This document shows, one piece after another, positions 33,659 through 46,874 of a DNA stretch of 64,000 nucleotides. The position numbers were made by a program, and so were the translations under genes. The notes beneath the pieces were generated by a model. It had not been told where the DNA came from. It saw nothing but the letters and a program-made list of their open reading frames with translations, and made no database searches. Numbering within the stretch: position 1 is the first letter of the stretch; the number at the start of each line of letters is the position of its first letter. The DNA comes from Vicugna vicugna. Taxonomy: Eukaryota. The DNA lies in assembly GCA_013265495.1 (NCBI GenBank), contig MU060807.1, forward strand, positions 62,001-126,000. Direction: 5' to 3'.

Positions 33659-35597
33659 GTCCAGCTGACCATGGTGCCCCAGGGCTGCCCAGCTGTGGAG
33701 GTGGGGAAGGGGCAGAGCGCGTGGACACCCAGGTACCAACCCAACTTGATGAGACTTGGGGCTGCCAGGCTCTGGGGTTCCTGTCTGTTGGAACAGGGAG
33801 CCTCCCAGCCAGGGGCTCTTCCTCTGGTATGGGACCCGGGAGAAGAGCCCAGAGAACCTGGGGTTGGCTGTCTGGGTGGCTGAAGAATGAGGCTTGGGGT
33901 GGCCACTGAGGGACCCTGAACCTGAACCCTGGCCCAGGACAGACACCCGGGAGGCCAGAGGCCAGAGAACACTTTCTCCTCTCACTGGGAGGTCTCTGCA
34001 GCCCAGAGGCATCTGAGACCCCAGGAGATGTCTCAGAGCCAGAAAGCAAGCCAGCTGTGCCCTCACTCCCGAGACACTGCGCACACAGCCCCTGGGTGCA
34101 CCGGCCACATCAGACTCTGGGCAGAGGAGGGCTCGGCCTGACTCTGGTGTCCTGCCCACATCACGGAAGCCCCTGAGGGATACAAACCCAGAGGAGCTGC
34201 ATTTGGGGCCTCTAGGGCAGGACTAACGGCCCCAGAGGCGCCGGCTGCCTGGCGCACAGAGGCAGCTGGTGCTGACTCGGACATCAAGGCTTTGGCCTGA
34301 AACCCGCTCTCTGTGGCTGGCAGAGGGGAGAGGCGAGCAGGCCTCTCCCCTCTGCCAGGGGGAGAGCAGGGAGCCCTTGGGGCAGGAGGGTGCCTGGGGA
34401 GGTGGACGGTGGACTGTCTCCTTCCTGGTCCAGAGCCTCGAGAGCTGCCACAGCTCATGGGCCCATCCCTCACTGCCCCCCAGCCGGAAGCTGATGCGTA
34501 CTCCCCCACCCCATTCTCTTCCTCACCCTTTTCAGCGAGTTGGCTGTCTTCGCCTCCATGCTCCTGAGGGACAAGGGTCTGGGGGTGCCCTACACCCAGA
34601 GAATTTTCCTGCCCGCCCGTGTGCCTGCCTCCTGGCCCCCCAGCCTCTGTTGGACAACATTATCATTTCATAATACTCTGAAATATACATGAAGTTGGCT
34701 GAATGCAGAGAAAATTGCACCATTTACTGCATGAATATTTCATGCTGGCTGTGCTCCGAGGTGTCCGTCTGACGGAGCTGGGAGCCTGCTGCCCGCGAGT
34801 GGGCATTGCCGGCCCCGCTGCCGAGTCGGGGCTCCCGAGGAGGAGGGGAGACACTAGTGCTGAGGGGCCCCAGGGGTGCCGGGGGAGCCGTTGTGGTTTG
34901 TGGGCATGGGTGGGTCCTGAGCTGCTGTGTGGCGGCCACGCCTGCGCTCTGTGGGCTGGGTATCCAGAATGAAACCTCAGCAAGGCAGAGAACCCTGGTG
35001 AGGGCAGGAACCACAGTGCCCCCACGGGCTGCCGTTCCCTGATGCTGTGGACTGGGTGCTACCATCTCGGGCTGCCCCAAGTACCTGGCAGGGAGGCCGC
35101 CATTTCTCGTCTGCCCACTGCCACCTCCCCGACCTGGCCCACTGCGAGCCAGGCCCGGCAGCCTCACTCTTCCACAGACCCCGAGGTCGGGGCCGCAGGG
35201 GGCTGGGGAGCAGGACGCTCTGGGCCTGGGAGGACGCGAGGGGGCTCCTGGGCGCGAGTACACGCGTGTGCACCTGCACACAGATGATGCAGAAGCGAAC
35301 GGTGCTGGGTCCGAGGAGGATGTGGGAGAGGCCCTGCCACTTGCCAGCTGAGCAGTAGGAAGCCCCCACTTCGCCCCCTCCCATGGCCTCCCTGCCTCAT
35401 CACAACAAGGGCAGGTGGTGGCGCAGGCGCCAGTGACTCCGATCGTGTCATCCCCAGTGCTCTGATGCTGCAGTGTCCTTCCCCCTCTCCTCTGCCCTAG
35501 ACCACCTCCTCGCTTGGGTCCCGAGCCCTTCAGTGCGAGTGCCGGGCTGCTTCTACCCAGGGTCCCCTCTGCCTGCGGTCCCTTCCACCCATACGAT

Positions 35598-36130
35598 GAC
35601 TGATTCATTCATTTATTGAGCACCTGCTGTGTACCAGGCATCATGGTGCCAATGAAGAAACAGCTGAGAACGAGATTGACGTGGTCCCTGCCTTCGTGGG
35701 CTTGCATCGCAGTCTCCGGGGGCACAGAGACAGTAGACGAGAAACTAAGGAAATATTTACAGATCAGCCTCAGTGCTGTGAAAACAGGGTCCTGGGATGG
35801 AGGCTAACCCGTCCTGAGGTGGGATGGACTTTAGACAGGGAAGTCATGGAGGACATCTCTGGGTGGGGTGACTTTTAAGCTGAAGGACTGGCAGAAGCTG
35901 GATGTGGAGAGACTGAGGGGAACAGCACTGTAGGTGCAAGGAACAGCATCTACAGAGGCCCTGAGGCAGAGGGACCCTGGTGTGTCCAAAGAACTGAAAG
36001 AAGGCCCCAGCGGCTGGAGTCAGCTGCACGGCAGGAGTAGAAAGGGAGGCAGAGGGATGACCAGGGGGCCACTGTGGGCTGCGGAAATCATCAGGAGGTG
36101 TTAGGTAGTGGAGAGACACAGTTCAGTGTG
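35598..36130 (-). mobile_element. LINE2 3' portion
   Basis: attcattcatttattgagcacctgctgtgtaccaggca...gtccctgccttcgtgg...ggaacagcatctacagaggccctgaggca. Confidence 0.85.
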
Positions 36131-36489
36131 TGTTGCTCCAGCTCCCTCTCCCTGGCTGCTGTGGGAGCTGGAGTCAGGCTGGTCGCCCCGGCTCTAGGGC
36201 AGCTGGGGTCTGCAGTGCTCACTGGAGGGTGAAGTCGATCGTGCTGCCCGAGGTTGGGCCCAGCCTGAGGAGGCCTCGTGGAGGGGCAGGAGGGGGGGGG
36301 GCATGGCCCCCGCAGCAGGAGGAGCTTAGCTGGATCCACAGTCCCAGGTAGGCAAGGGTGCCAGAGTCAAGGTGAGGAGGTGGGAAGACCGTGTGCTGGG
36401 GTTGAGCTTCTGGGATTGCAGGTGATTCTCTTTTCTGTTTTCTCTGCCCTCGTCTGTAATGTTCGTGCAACAAGTAAAGATTGGGAGGA

Positions 36490-36600
36490 AGTGGAAGGAA
36501 AAGAACGCCGGACGGGAAACTTGAGGGCCTGACATTCACGCTGGTGACTGCTGTGTGTCCTCGGGCAAGCGCCTCCACCTCTCTGGGCCCCGAGGAGTAC
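36490..36600 (+). mobile_element. MIR fragment
   Basis: tgactgctgtgtgtcctcgggcaagcgcctccacctctctgggccc. Confidence 0.6.
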
Positions 36601-39600
36601 TGGTCCACAGTGATTCCCAAGACCCTGTCCACCTGAGCCACCTCTGTCATTCTGGAGCCCCGACCCCGTTCAGGGAGCTCAGCCAAGCTCACACCCACTG
36701 CCACCCCCGCCAGCTCCGGGAATGCGCTTCTCGCGGAGAAAGACACTTCTCCAGCTGAGGGGATTTAGAAATTTTTTCAATTAAGTATGGAGTTCCTTCA
36801 ACACATTCTAGAATGCCCAGTACCTTCACCTTCCTGACCACACCCCGGGCACATCTCGGCCGGCCAACAGGTGCAGGGAAAGAGGGTGACGGGGTGGTTC
36901 CCGCTCCTGGCCCTTCTCTCACCCCCTGCGCCCAGCACCACCGCACCCAGCCTTGTCTGGGATCCGGGCGTCCACGGTTGTGTGGGGGAGGGACTCCCAG
37001 GCAGGGCAGAGCACCCCCGGGACCAGGGCGGGAGGGGTGAGCTGTTTACAGACTTGGGACGGGGACAGGGGGGAGAGAAGCTGGGGCAAGTGCCCCTCCC
37101 TGCACTCCTGGGAGTGCTCAGGGGCGTGTGGTGTGCTGGACGGCAGGCCCCCCAACCCCAGACCCCTCACCCGAGAAGGGCCAGGGACGTCCCCGAGCAC
37201 GCCCAGGTCTGCAGAAATGCACCAAATAACACAAGAATGTGGCAGTCCGGGGGCGGGACCTGTTCTGTCACACAAAAGGTCAGGGACCCGGTGCCTGAGC
37301 CCCGCGCCTCTCCCTGCTGGAGACTGTTCCTGTGGCTCCTTCTGCAGCCCTCCCTGCCTCACCTCTGCGCTGGACCTCCTCAGTCCCCCCCCCCCTCTCT
37401 GGTTGGGCAGTGCATTCTTCCTTCCCCTTCCAACCCCTCCGTCTCCTTCTGGGGTCCGCTCTGCCCCTCCCGTCCCCGGGCCTCTCTCTGGGGGTGACTC
37501 CTTCTTGTGACGTGCCCCACCCCGTCTCTCGAGGGCAGGGGTGCAGGCCCTCCCTCCCAAGTTGGGGTGGTCCCCCGCCCAGCTGGAAGGTGCCCTCCCT
37601 GCCTTGGCCGCCCCTGAGAAAGGCACTTCCCTGCCGTCCTGGGCCACCATCGCAGGCAGGTGCCCCACTCCTGCAGCCTCCTTGGCCAGCTCCTCCTCAC
37701 TGGCCGGTGGCTGGTGCAGCGCCTTGATTTATCCAGAGGCAGCGCCTGTATTTGCTGGACAGAATCAGCAGCTGCTCAGCTTCAGTGTGGCTGAGCCAGG
37801 GGTGCCTGGGAGCGGTGTCCCGAAGTGTCCAGGCCCAGTAGGCTGGGACCCTGCAGGGACAGAGCCCTCTGGGTCTGGGGTCCCCACAGTCCCACAGCCC
37901 GCCACCCTGAGCCCTGCGGGCATCTCCTGACTCCCAGCCGAGACAGCTGTAGCCCACTAGGTGTTTGGGGGAAGCTGCCCTGCATTCGGGGGCCGGTGGG
38001 TGGGAGCCCCCCGATTCCCGACCCTCTTCCTCCCCCATTTCTCCTTTAGTTCCTGGCATTCGTCCCTCCCTGTCCCCTCCCAGGGCCTGTGCTCCCTGCC
38101 AAGAAGACCCTCCCGCAACTCTCCATGACTCCAAGTCCCACCCCTGCCCAACAGCCTTTCCTAACCTCCTACCCTCTGGGGTGGCCCTCCTGGGCCCCCA
38201 GTCTTGTCACTTACCCTGGGGTGCGTGTCTTGTCCATCTCCATGTCCTGAGCCCTCCCAGGGCAGGGGGTGAGTGGGCAGCTGGGGCTCTGCTGCTCCCA
38301 GTCCACTCAGCCCAGTTTCCTGGTCTGGACTCCTGGGGGAGTCACACTTCCCTGGGCAGGGGCCAGTGTGAGGCCCAGGCCAACTCATGCACGGTGACCT
38401 TGTGGTTGGTCACCCCCACCCCCCCGTCAAAACTTTATTGCTGGTCTGAGTGTCCAGGTGCCCAGCCGAGCAGAGGTGCCCTGCCTGGAAGAGCAGGTCC
38501 TGGGAGTGGCCAGGCACTTTGCAGGGCAAGTTTCCCTGGGAGGGGAGCAGCGTGGGGAGGGAGACTTCGTTCTCCCCACTGCAGTCAGGGACACAGAGAC
38601 AGCAGGAATAACTTACCTGAGGGCCCGTGGCTACTCGGAGAGTCCATCCAGCCCTGGGGCTCCTCTCTGCCTTCACCTGTGTTCTGAATATTAGGGTCAG
38701 GATGCCAGGCAGGCGGGGGACTGATAGGGAAGTGAGGATGGGGAGGTGAGCCTCTGTGCCCCCGGGCCCTACCCCAGGAGGTGGCAGCTCTCCCAGATCC
38801 AGTGGTGGCCCGGGACCTCCCCACCCCCAGAGCCCTCGGGCGGCCTCGCCACCTGTGGGGCGGGGCATCAGGAGGACCAGCCACCTCCCATCCTGACAAA
38901 GCTCCCGGCTCAGGGGTGTCTCTGAGCCACTTGCGGAACTGCCATCGGGCTGGGGGGCCACCCTGAGGGGTCGGGGTGCAGGTAGAGCAAGCTGGGGGGG
39001 CGCTGAGTGCCCCAAGTGGGCAGAGCCAGGCCCCGCCTCTTGCCCGCACCCCCCGGCCCAGCAGGCGTCGTCTCTTCCTTAACCCACCTCCCTGCTCAGA
39101 CCCCTGACTTCTGAGCCACTTCTTGCCTTGGAGTGGCGGGGCCCCACAGCCTCTCTTCCCAGGGGCCCTCCTCCTGGTCTTGTCCCCCGCTCCACATCCC
39201 TCCCCTACCCCCGCCCAGCAACCCCCTGGCCTGTGGCCTTGTGCCCCGGTGTGGGGAAACCACGGCAGCTCGCTCTGTCCCTTGGTCAGAGTGGAGGAGC
39301 CCTGGACACCCACAGTCGGGGGACCGCTGCAGACCCCACGCCTCGGTCTCCGTGGGGCGTGACAGCTGCTCCACATTGTGTCCAGCAGGCCGGCCCCCCT
39401 GTTTCCCACTGTGCTTCAGACTTTCTTATCTTGACCGTAAGGGCTGCTCCAGGCCACCCCGTCCCAGCGGACACCGAGCTTCTGAGAGCGCCTCCTTGTC
39501 TGCTCCCAAGTACACGCACCCTGTCCCCCACCCGCCGTGCTTAACACGAATCCTTAACTCGGGCTGGATCGTCTGCTCATAGTGCCTGCCAACTGCCTGT

Positions 39601-40769
39601 CTCTGTCCCCTCGCCCCGGCCTGCGGGGCTGCGCAGGGGAAGCTCAGTGCAGTGGCAGATAGCGGCCACCCTGCCCCACTACCCTGCGGGACTGGTCTGG
39701 CCCGGTGACCTGCAAGGCCCTTTGTCAGAGGCCGGACCGTGCCAGCAGCCCAGGTGGGAGCAGGGGGTGGGGTTCCAGAGGAGTGGGAGGAGGCTCGAGC
39801 GAGCAAGCACACAGGCCAGCCCCAGCCCCCCGGAGTGCGTGGGTGGCCAGTGGGGAAGGAGGCTTTCGTGTCGTCCTGCAGGAGGAATTTTCCACAGATG
39901 CCCCCGAGGCACGATTCCCGGTGTCTCACACGCCTGGCTGCCTTGAGCTTCTCCATGCAGCCAACCCACGTCCCTCCTCCTGCCATCCAAGCCCTTGTCC
40001 TCTCACCCGGCCCCCTTCCTCCCCCAGGACAGCTCCTCCCATCTTCAGGCTGAGCTAGCCCTCCATAGAGCCTCGGTGTAGCCACCTGGAGGGTGTCGGG
40101 GCTGGCCCCCCGTGCTCCCTCCTCCCCACCCGTATCCCCCCGCCAGCCAAGCATCCTGGCTCCCTGCAGCTGGACTGTGCCAGGGAGGGGGCGTGACGCT
40201 GCTTCCCATGCGCTGCTAATCCCCAGATGGCCGTCCCCATCTCCTCCCCGGCGTTTGCTAATTTGGAAACACCGTCCGCAGCAATAGTAACAGAGCCCTG
40301 GGTCTCTCTCCAGGGGCCGTGGGAGCCTCGAGGCCCTGAAGGGTCTCCTTTGGCACCTTGAGCTTCCGGGAGACCTGTCAGCAGTTGCTGTCCGCAGGCC
40401 CCACCCACCGAAGTCTCCGGGCAGCGTGGGGTTTGTTTTCACTATCCCTTGAGTGAATTCTTTTCCAGTCCCTTGGAATTCCTGGGAGAGCCCCAAACTG
40501 CTCCCCTCCCCCACTATGATCTTGCAAACTCAGGAGCCGATTTAACGCCTAGGAAGGTGGTCGCAGCCTTTCCTGTCCTCTGGAGAGGTCAGCCTTCGCT
40601 GCCCCGGCCTGGCCTTCGTAGGCCCCAGAGGGCGCTGGCCACGGCCACAGCGATGGTGTCCACTGCCCCGTCCCCAGACCTCAGTCTGGGCACCTGGAAG
40701 CGAGTCTCCCATTAGTAGCTGCTCCCAGGTGGCCGACTCCGTGTTGCCTTTGGGCACTGTGATAGGATT

Positions 40770-40930
40770 CTGTGTCTTATTTCCCCCTCGGCCACCTGCC
40801 AGGCAGCCTTGTTCTGGGACTAGGAAGCGGTAGCCCAGAGAGGTTAAGCAGCCTGAGGACGGTGTCCAGCGGCCGAAGGGCAGAGGCAGGATTTGAACCA
40901 CAGCCCGGCTGCGGGGCGCGTGCTCCTCTC
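40770..40930 (-). mobile_element. MIR
   Basis: gcccagagaggttaagcagcctg...ggcagaggcaggatttgaaccacag. Confidence 0.7.
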
Positions 40931-41199
40931 CCCTCCCTTGGCTTCTCCCACATCTTGGTGTCGGGCCTGCAGCATTAGCACTGCCCCCTGCCCCTCTCCC
41001 CCATCCCTGGGCCACAGCAACAAGGAGCAGGTCAGCATAAGCTTCTAGAAACTTCTCCACCCAGACTCACCCAAGCCCGGAAAGAGCTCATGAGTGAGGC
41101 CCTCGTGAGGCCTGGGAGGGACACTGGTGGGAAACTGGACTCCAGAGCTGGAAGCTCGGGAGATGCCGGGTGGCTGCCCTCGGCACACGGGGCAAGGAG

Positions 41200-41800
41200 T
41201 GTCGGCTGTCATCCCCCGCCCCAGACCCAGAGCAGCCACAGTGACTGTGTGTCCAGTCCTCGGGCCCCCATCTCTCAGTGCTCAGGACGAGTGCTGGCTG
41301 GGGTCTCAGGCGAGGAAGCGGGTCCAGGTCCCAGCCTGGAGGTGCGAGGCCGGGCTGAGCGCCGAGTCTGGTGCCGCCCGGGCCCCAGGCTCCTGCCCGG
41401 GCCGGCCCCGGTGTCCACGTGCAGGCAGGCCGCGCCGCAACGGCGNNNNNNNNNNNNNNNNNNNNNNNNNNNNNNNNNNNNNNNNNNNNNNNNNNNNNNN
41501 NNNNNNNNNNNNNNNNNNNNNNNNNNNNNNNNNNNNNNNNNNNNNNNNNNNNNNNNNNNNNNNNNNNNNNNNNNNNNNNNNNNNNNNNNNNNNGCATGAG
41601 GGAGAGGCTAGATCGAAGGCGCTTGTCAGCTCAGGACGAGTGCTGCCTTGTCGCGGGCGGCCCGGCCGGTCGCCTGGACGAGGGTCACAGACCCCGGCCT
41701 GGACACACGCGTGGGGCAGCAGGCAGGGCCCCCGGGCAGCTCGGAGCCAGGCGTGTGGAGTGCTGGCTGGTGGCCCTGAATGCCTTGCCCTCCTGGGTCT
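41200..41800. promoter_or_regulatory. Small CpG-rich patch containing an assembly gap
   Basis: CpG-dense sequence on both sides of the gap 41446-41593. Confidence 0.4.
41446..41593. other. Assembly gap
   Basis: 148 N. Confidence 1.
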
Positions 41801-41864
41801 GGCTGGTCAGGGAGCACTGTGTCCCCCGGGACACTCAGCGTGGTGGTCTTACGGCCTCTTACAG

Positions 41865-41985
41865 CCACTTCCAGCGCTTTGGGCTCAAATCCCAGCTCTG
41901 ACGTTTCCAGGTTATTTGTTGTCCCTGCACGTCTGTTTCCCCTTCTGTAAAACGGGCTGCATAGGCTGGTGTGAGTCTGAGTAGG
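41865..41985 (+). mobile_element. MIR
   Basis: tgggctcaaatcccagctctgac...ctgtttccccttctgtaaaacggg. Confidence 0.7.
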
Positions 41986-43039
41986 GCTGGGAATTCACTT
42001 CAGGCATCTGCAGAAGGGGGCCCTGGCCTGGTCTCCTCCTTCCCCTGGGAGGCCACGCACTGCCCTGCCCCACGCTGCACCCCATCATTTCCAGCACACC
42101 CACAGCCACCATCACTGCCACCTCCCTTCCCATGACCACCGCCGACGCGGGCCTTCCTGTCTCCAAGGGTGGAAACGTGGCCAGGCCCTTCCTTCAGGTA
42201 GGGCAGGTGCCGGCACCAGTGTCCACACTCACACGGCAGGCTGGAAACCACCGCTGGTGTGGGGCCGGGTGCCCATGCTCATGTGCTGGTTTTTATTTTG
42301 TCTGGTTTCTTTTGAAGGACTGGAAGAAAAGGATCTGGCCCTGGGTATGTCCAGGAGCCGGGATTTTGACTGTGCCTTGCTGAAGCCGGAGGGGCAGGGA
42401 CAGTGCTGGCACCCTGTCCGGTGGCTGACCGCAGGGGGCTACCGGCTCTGCATGGGCATCCGCCCACTTGCCCCCTTGCTCGGGGCGGGATCGAGCTGGA
42501 AGAGGGAGCAGCACAGCCGCGGCGGAGGTGCTTCCAGCAGGCTGTCTCCTCCCACTGCAGGCGGCAGGTCCCTGAGCAGGAACTCTCCGGGCCAGGCAGG
42601 GACCAAGGGGGCTGTGGACGGTCACCAGGAGGGGCTGGGATGCAGGAACAGCTGTACTCAGTGCTTCTCCATGCCGTGGTGCCCCAGCATGGTGCTGGAC
42701 ATTGTCACACACAAACTGGCCCCAGGTGGGGTGAGAACAGGCACTCGTGTGCAGGCCAGCCCGAGCAGTGGGCCGGCGCTGGGATTGCTGGCGCTCGTGG
42801 CCAAGGGAGTGGACCTGGGGACCACAGTGATGTGCTGGCGGGCGGGAGCGGGGAGAGCCGTCTACTGCCCCCAGGCTGGCAGGAGGCTTGCCGGCTGCCC
42901 TGCAAACCCCTGGGAACCGGAGGGCTCTGCTTGGAAGCAGGTAGCCCCGTCAGGTCTCGCAGGGGCGTGGACGTGGGGCCAGAACGACTCAGAGAAGGGG
43001 AGAGTCGGGTGTGAGCCTGAACCTAAAGCAGACTGGGGC

Positions 43040-43200
43040 AAAGACGATGGATCCTGAGTTCAAGTCCACACCTGCGACTGACAGCTGCATCACTGGTGTC
43101 CCCCGATGTGGTTTGACGTGACTTTGAGACGGGGGACCAACTCACCGGATGCCTTGCCTGTGGGGTCATGGAGCCGTTCTGTGCCAGCCTGGATCCCTGT
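43040..43200 (+). mobile_element. MIR, degraded
   Basis: atcctgagttcaagtccacacctgcgactgacagctg. Confidence 0.45.
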
Positions 43201-43705
43201 GCAGGGGCCCAGGTGCTGAATGAGAACAGTGCTTCCCCGCTGGCTGCTTGTGCCCCTGGGGGACGTTTGTCGCTGTCTGGGGAAGAGTTCAGATGGCCAC
43301 CCTTGGGGAGCTGCTGGCCTCTAGTGGGTGGGGCAGGGGATGCTGTTCAACCTGCCTTGGTGCCCAGGACGCCCCCCACACAGAGAAGGACGGGCCCCAC
43401 GTGTCAGTAGTCACTGGGCCAAAGTGACAGGTGGTGGCCAGGCCTCAGTTGCCAGGGCCCAGGTGGGCTCTCCCAAACCAGACTGCCCAAGAGAAACGGG
43501 GGGCAGGGGGTGCAGACAGAGCGTGTCCAGCCTCCACACCATGAGCGCCCAGTACCAAGCCGGCCCCCGCAGGCCCCAAGGAGGCGAGGCTCTCCCCAGC
43601 AGGAGCGGTGGGTGCTGCTTGCGGGAGGCGGGGAAGCTGGGGGCCGGCTCCAGAGAGCACCAGCGAGCCAGTGCCCATGAGGCCACCTCCGGCCATTATC
43701 CGGGC

Positions 43706-43883
43706 CAGTGCTTCTCAGACTCAGTTGCACGTTCAGATCCCCTAGGGCAGCTCTAAAAATTCCCTGTGCCAGGGCCTCACCCCAGACCAGTGACATCAGA
43801 CCCCCTGGGGCTGGGACACAGGCACTGGTATTTTTTAAAACTTCTGCGGTGATTTCACTGTGCGGCCACATTAGAATCCCCAG
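43706..43883. mobile_element. MER5B-like hAT-Charlie MITE
   Basis: 178 bp; cagtgcttctca...ttgcac...taaaaattcc...ttttaaaac...ggtgattt...tgtgcggcca..ttagaat. Confidence 0.7.
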
Positions 43884-46609
43884 CAGGCAGACAGACGGCT
43901 GCAAGCTTGTTTGGGGTGCAGACGCTCGGGCCTGCCCCCCGCTTCTGGGTCAGAATCCCAGCCCCCACCAGGAGAGGGGGTGACACATTGGAGGTGAGAC
44001 GCACGGCCTCCGGGCGGAGGCCCCACCTGAGCTCAGAGACCAGCCGTCATCGGCAGCTGTGTCCCCAGCTCGTGCTCTGAGCTCCCGAGCAGCTTTCCTC
44101 GGAGATCTGTGTTTCCTGACTTTCCTGGGACAGGCAGCACTTAGCGGCCCCAGGCTGTGGGTCAGGGAGGTTGTGCTGAGAGCCCCGAGGGCTTGTGGTA
44201 GGGTCGCCTGGTCTCGGCAGGAGCCAGCCGAGGGGAAGAGCACAGGTGGGCTCGCCTCCTCCTGCCTGGGAGCCTGGGAACAGCTCCGAGGTGGGCGCAC
44301 AGTGGCTCTCCTGCTGGCTCGGAGGGCCTGGCCTGGACGAGAGGCCGGGGGAGGGCAAGCCTGCGTCCGCCTGCCTACCCAGCCCGGCTCTCCTCCCTCA
44401 CCCAGCGGCTCCTGTGCAGGGCCTTGTCGCTTAGATTTGTCCTTCTCTACAGGGAGTGTCATGGGAAGAACTCGCCACAGGGAGCCTGCCGTCTTTCCCC
44501 AGGTGTGGGCCAGGCAGGCCGCACACGCATCTCAGGGGTGCCTTGAGGTCCGGCCTCTCCTCGTGGACCGTCCTTGAGTGGAAGGACGAGGCAGGGGACA
44601 GGCGGGGTCTGTGGATCTGTCCAGGCTATGGGTCTGTCCAGGTTGTAAACAGGGACAGGAGTGCCCCGCAGTGACTCAGGGGCCCCGGTGGGGATCCTCG
44701 TAGACTAAGAAAGGAGAGAGGGTCTTCGTAACTTAGTGCTTCCTGCAGGAGAGGCTCAGGGGCCCACTGCCTTCCAGCCATAAACATGCCTGGCCCTTGG
44801 GTGCAAAGCTGACCTTGGCTTCCAGGGTAGGGGGCTTATGCTGGAGGAAGGCTGCCCCCCATTTCCTGTCCCTGGTGAGCCCCACACATGGTTTTAAGTA
44901 GGCTGATGGGCTGAGGGTCACCTGTGGGCCGGCACAGAGGTGTCCCTGGTGGGAGGGAACTCTGGCTCTGGCAGCTGGGCCGAGCCTGGGTCTGCGAACC
45001 ACTCCACGTGGTCCGGGTGGCGGCATGCTTGGGAGAAGACCACCATGCTGTGGCTCAGGCCCACCCAGGAGTGTGGGGGCCTCGAGAAATGGACGAAAAC
45101 ATCTGAGGCAAAGAGGGTGTAGAGCAGGGGTCACTCGGGGAGGGCAGGGAGACGCCTGAGACCCGGTTTATAGCCCCGGCCCAGGACAATGCAGTTAAAG
45201 GCCACCATCCCGAGGTTGGGGAGGCCCTCTGGGAGGCCTGGGCAGGAAGGAGGCCAGAGAAGGCAGAGAAGAGGGTGAGCTCCCAGTACGCTGACCCAGC
45301 AAAGGTCAGCGCTGGTCCCCTCCCGCGGGGGTGGGACTCCCCAAGATGCAGGCACGGGGACCCACCTCGCTGGGGCTCGAGTCCGTCTCAGACCCAGCCA
45401 GCTCCCCTACAAGAGAAACGTGAAAGGAGCTCGCCCCTCGTACGTCAGACGGCGCTCGGAGCCACACTGGGGGGCGCAGGCAGAGGCGCAGAGACGGAGA
45501 CCTTGGCTCCGGGTCCCCCTTCCCTGGCCCCCGCTCCGGGTTCCTCACCTTGTCTTCTTGTCCTGAGTCCCGGAACAGGGGTGCAGGGGTGCAGGGGAGG
45601 GGGCCTGCAGGGTCAGGGGAGGGAGCAGCACTCCCTGGGACCCTCCTGACCCCCACCCTGGGACTTGCCCCTTCGTGAGGATCCGGAGGCAGAGCAGACC
45701 CCCCACTTTGTGAGACCCCCAGGCTGGGGCTAGAAGCAGCAGCTCTTGGCCTGTCCAGAAGGCCCCAGGCATCCCCCCGCCCACCACTGGCCAGTCTGCT
45801 CAGAGAAGGCAGGCCCTCCACCAGCCCCCGCCCCTTCCCTACCCCGCACAAGCCTCAGAGGGGTGGTCTCAGCCACCTTGCCCTCAGAAGCCCACGGGCT
45901 GAGTCCAGTCGGTTGCTAACCCCAGTAGGGGGTGAGCCACTGGCCTGGTCAGTCTTGCTGGGGTCAGTAAAGTGGGGAGGGGGCATCCACAGAGAAGGGG
46001 CAGCTTAGGATGGAAATTCCATTAGTGCTCAGCCATGGGCAACAGGGCCTGTTCAAAGAATACATTCAATTAAAAATTGATTTTTCAGTTTAATCTCAAT
46101 CATAACGCACCTCATTCAGACCCCTTCCACCTCTCCGGACAGCCCAGCCCAGCCCTGCAGGCCCCCGGCTGTGGGGATGATATAGTGAGGGGCCGGGGGC
46201 GGGGGCATCCCTCACCGAGTTGGGAATAATTACAAATGAGGCGCACAGGGGGTTTTGTTAAATGGAAGTGTCACGGTGGTAAATCGTATTTTTATTCACT
46301 GCGAGGTGGTGTTTTCAGGGTGGCTCCAGTTAAAAGCTGCAATATTTAATTTCCCTTGATCCAGACGGTATTTCAAAAGCATCACAAAATGAAAACAGCT
46401 CCAACTTTCTCCCTCCCTTGCTTCCCACAAACTCAAAGACGCGAGGCAAGGGCCTCGCACCCGGGCCCGCAAGGCCAGCTCCCTTCTTGGGGGTCTCCCT
46501 CCCCACGCACGCGTCTCTCTCTCTCCTCCTCTGAGGTCAGGTAAGGGAGGCCAGGCTGGTTCTCCAAAGGTCCCCAGGGAGTCCGGGCAGTGGAACTGTT
46601 AAAAATACA

Positions 46610-46810
46610 CTCATTTTCATCAGCATTACTCAGTTTGGAGCACTTACTGGACACGGCTCTGTGTGTCCGCTTACCTGCACGAACACCTCCAGCATCATTC
46701 AGCCTCCCAGGTGGGCGTGCTCTCATACCTGCCTCAGCGAAGTGAGGGACTTGCCGAGGGACCCTCAGCTACTCAGCACTGGAGCTCAGGCGTGCTTGAC
46801 CGGGGTGCGT
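46610..46810 (-). mobile_element. MIR
   Basis: gagcacttactggacacggctctgtg...gaagtgagggacttgccgagggaccctcagctactcag..ctggagctcagg. Confidence 0.6.
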
Positions 46811-46874
46811 GGCTGCAGCTCTGCTGTATTTGGACCTCAGAATGCCCAGCCCCATCTTCCTCGCCTCCTGACCC

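Noticed and set aside
39426-40514. 362-aa minus-strand ORF
   Set aside because: No recognisable protein features; composition typical of GC-rich intron
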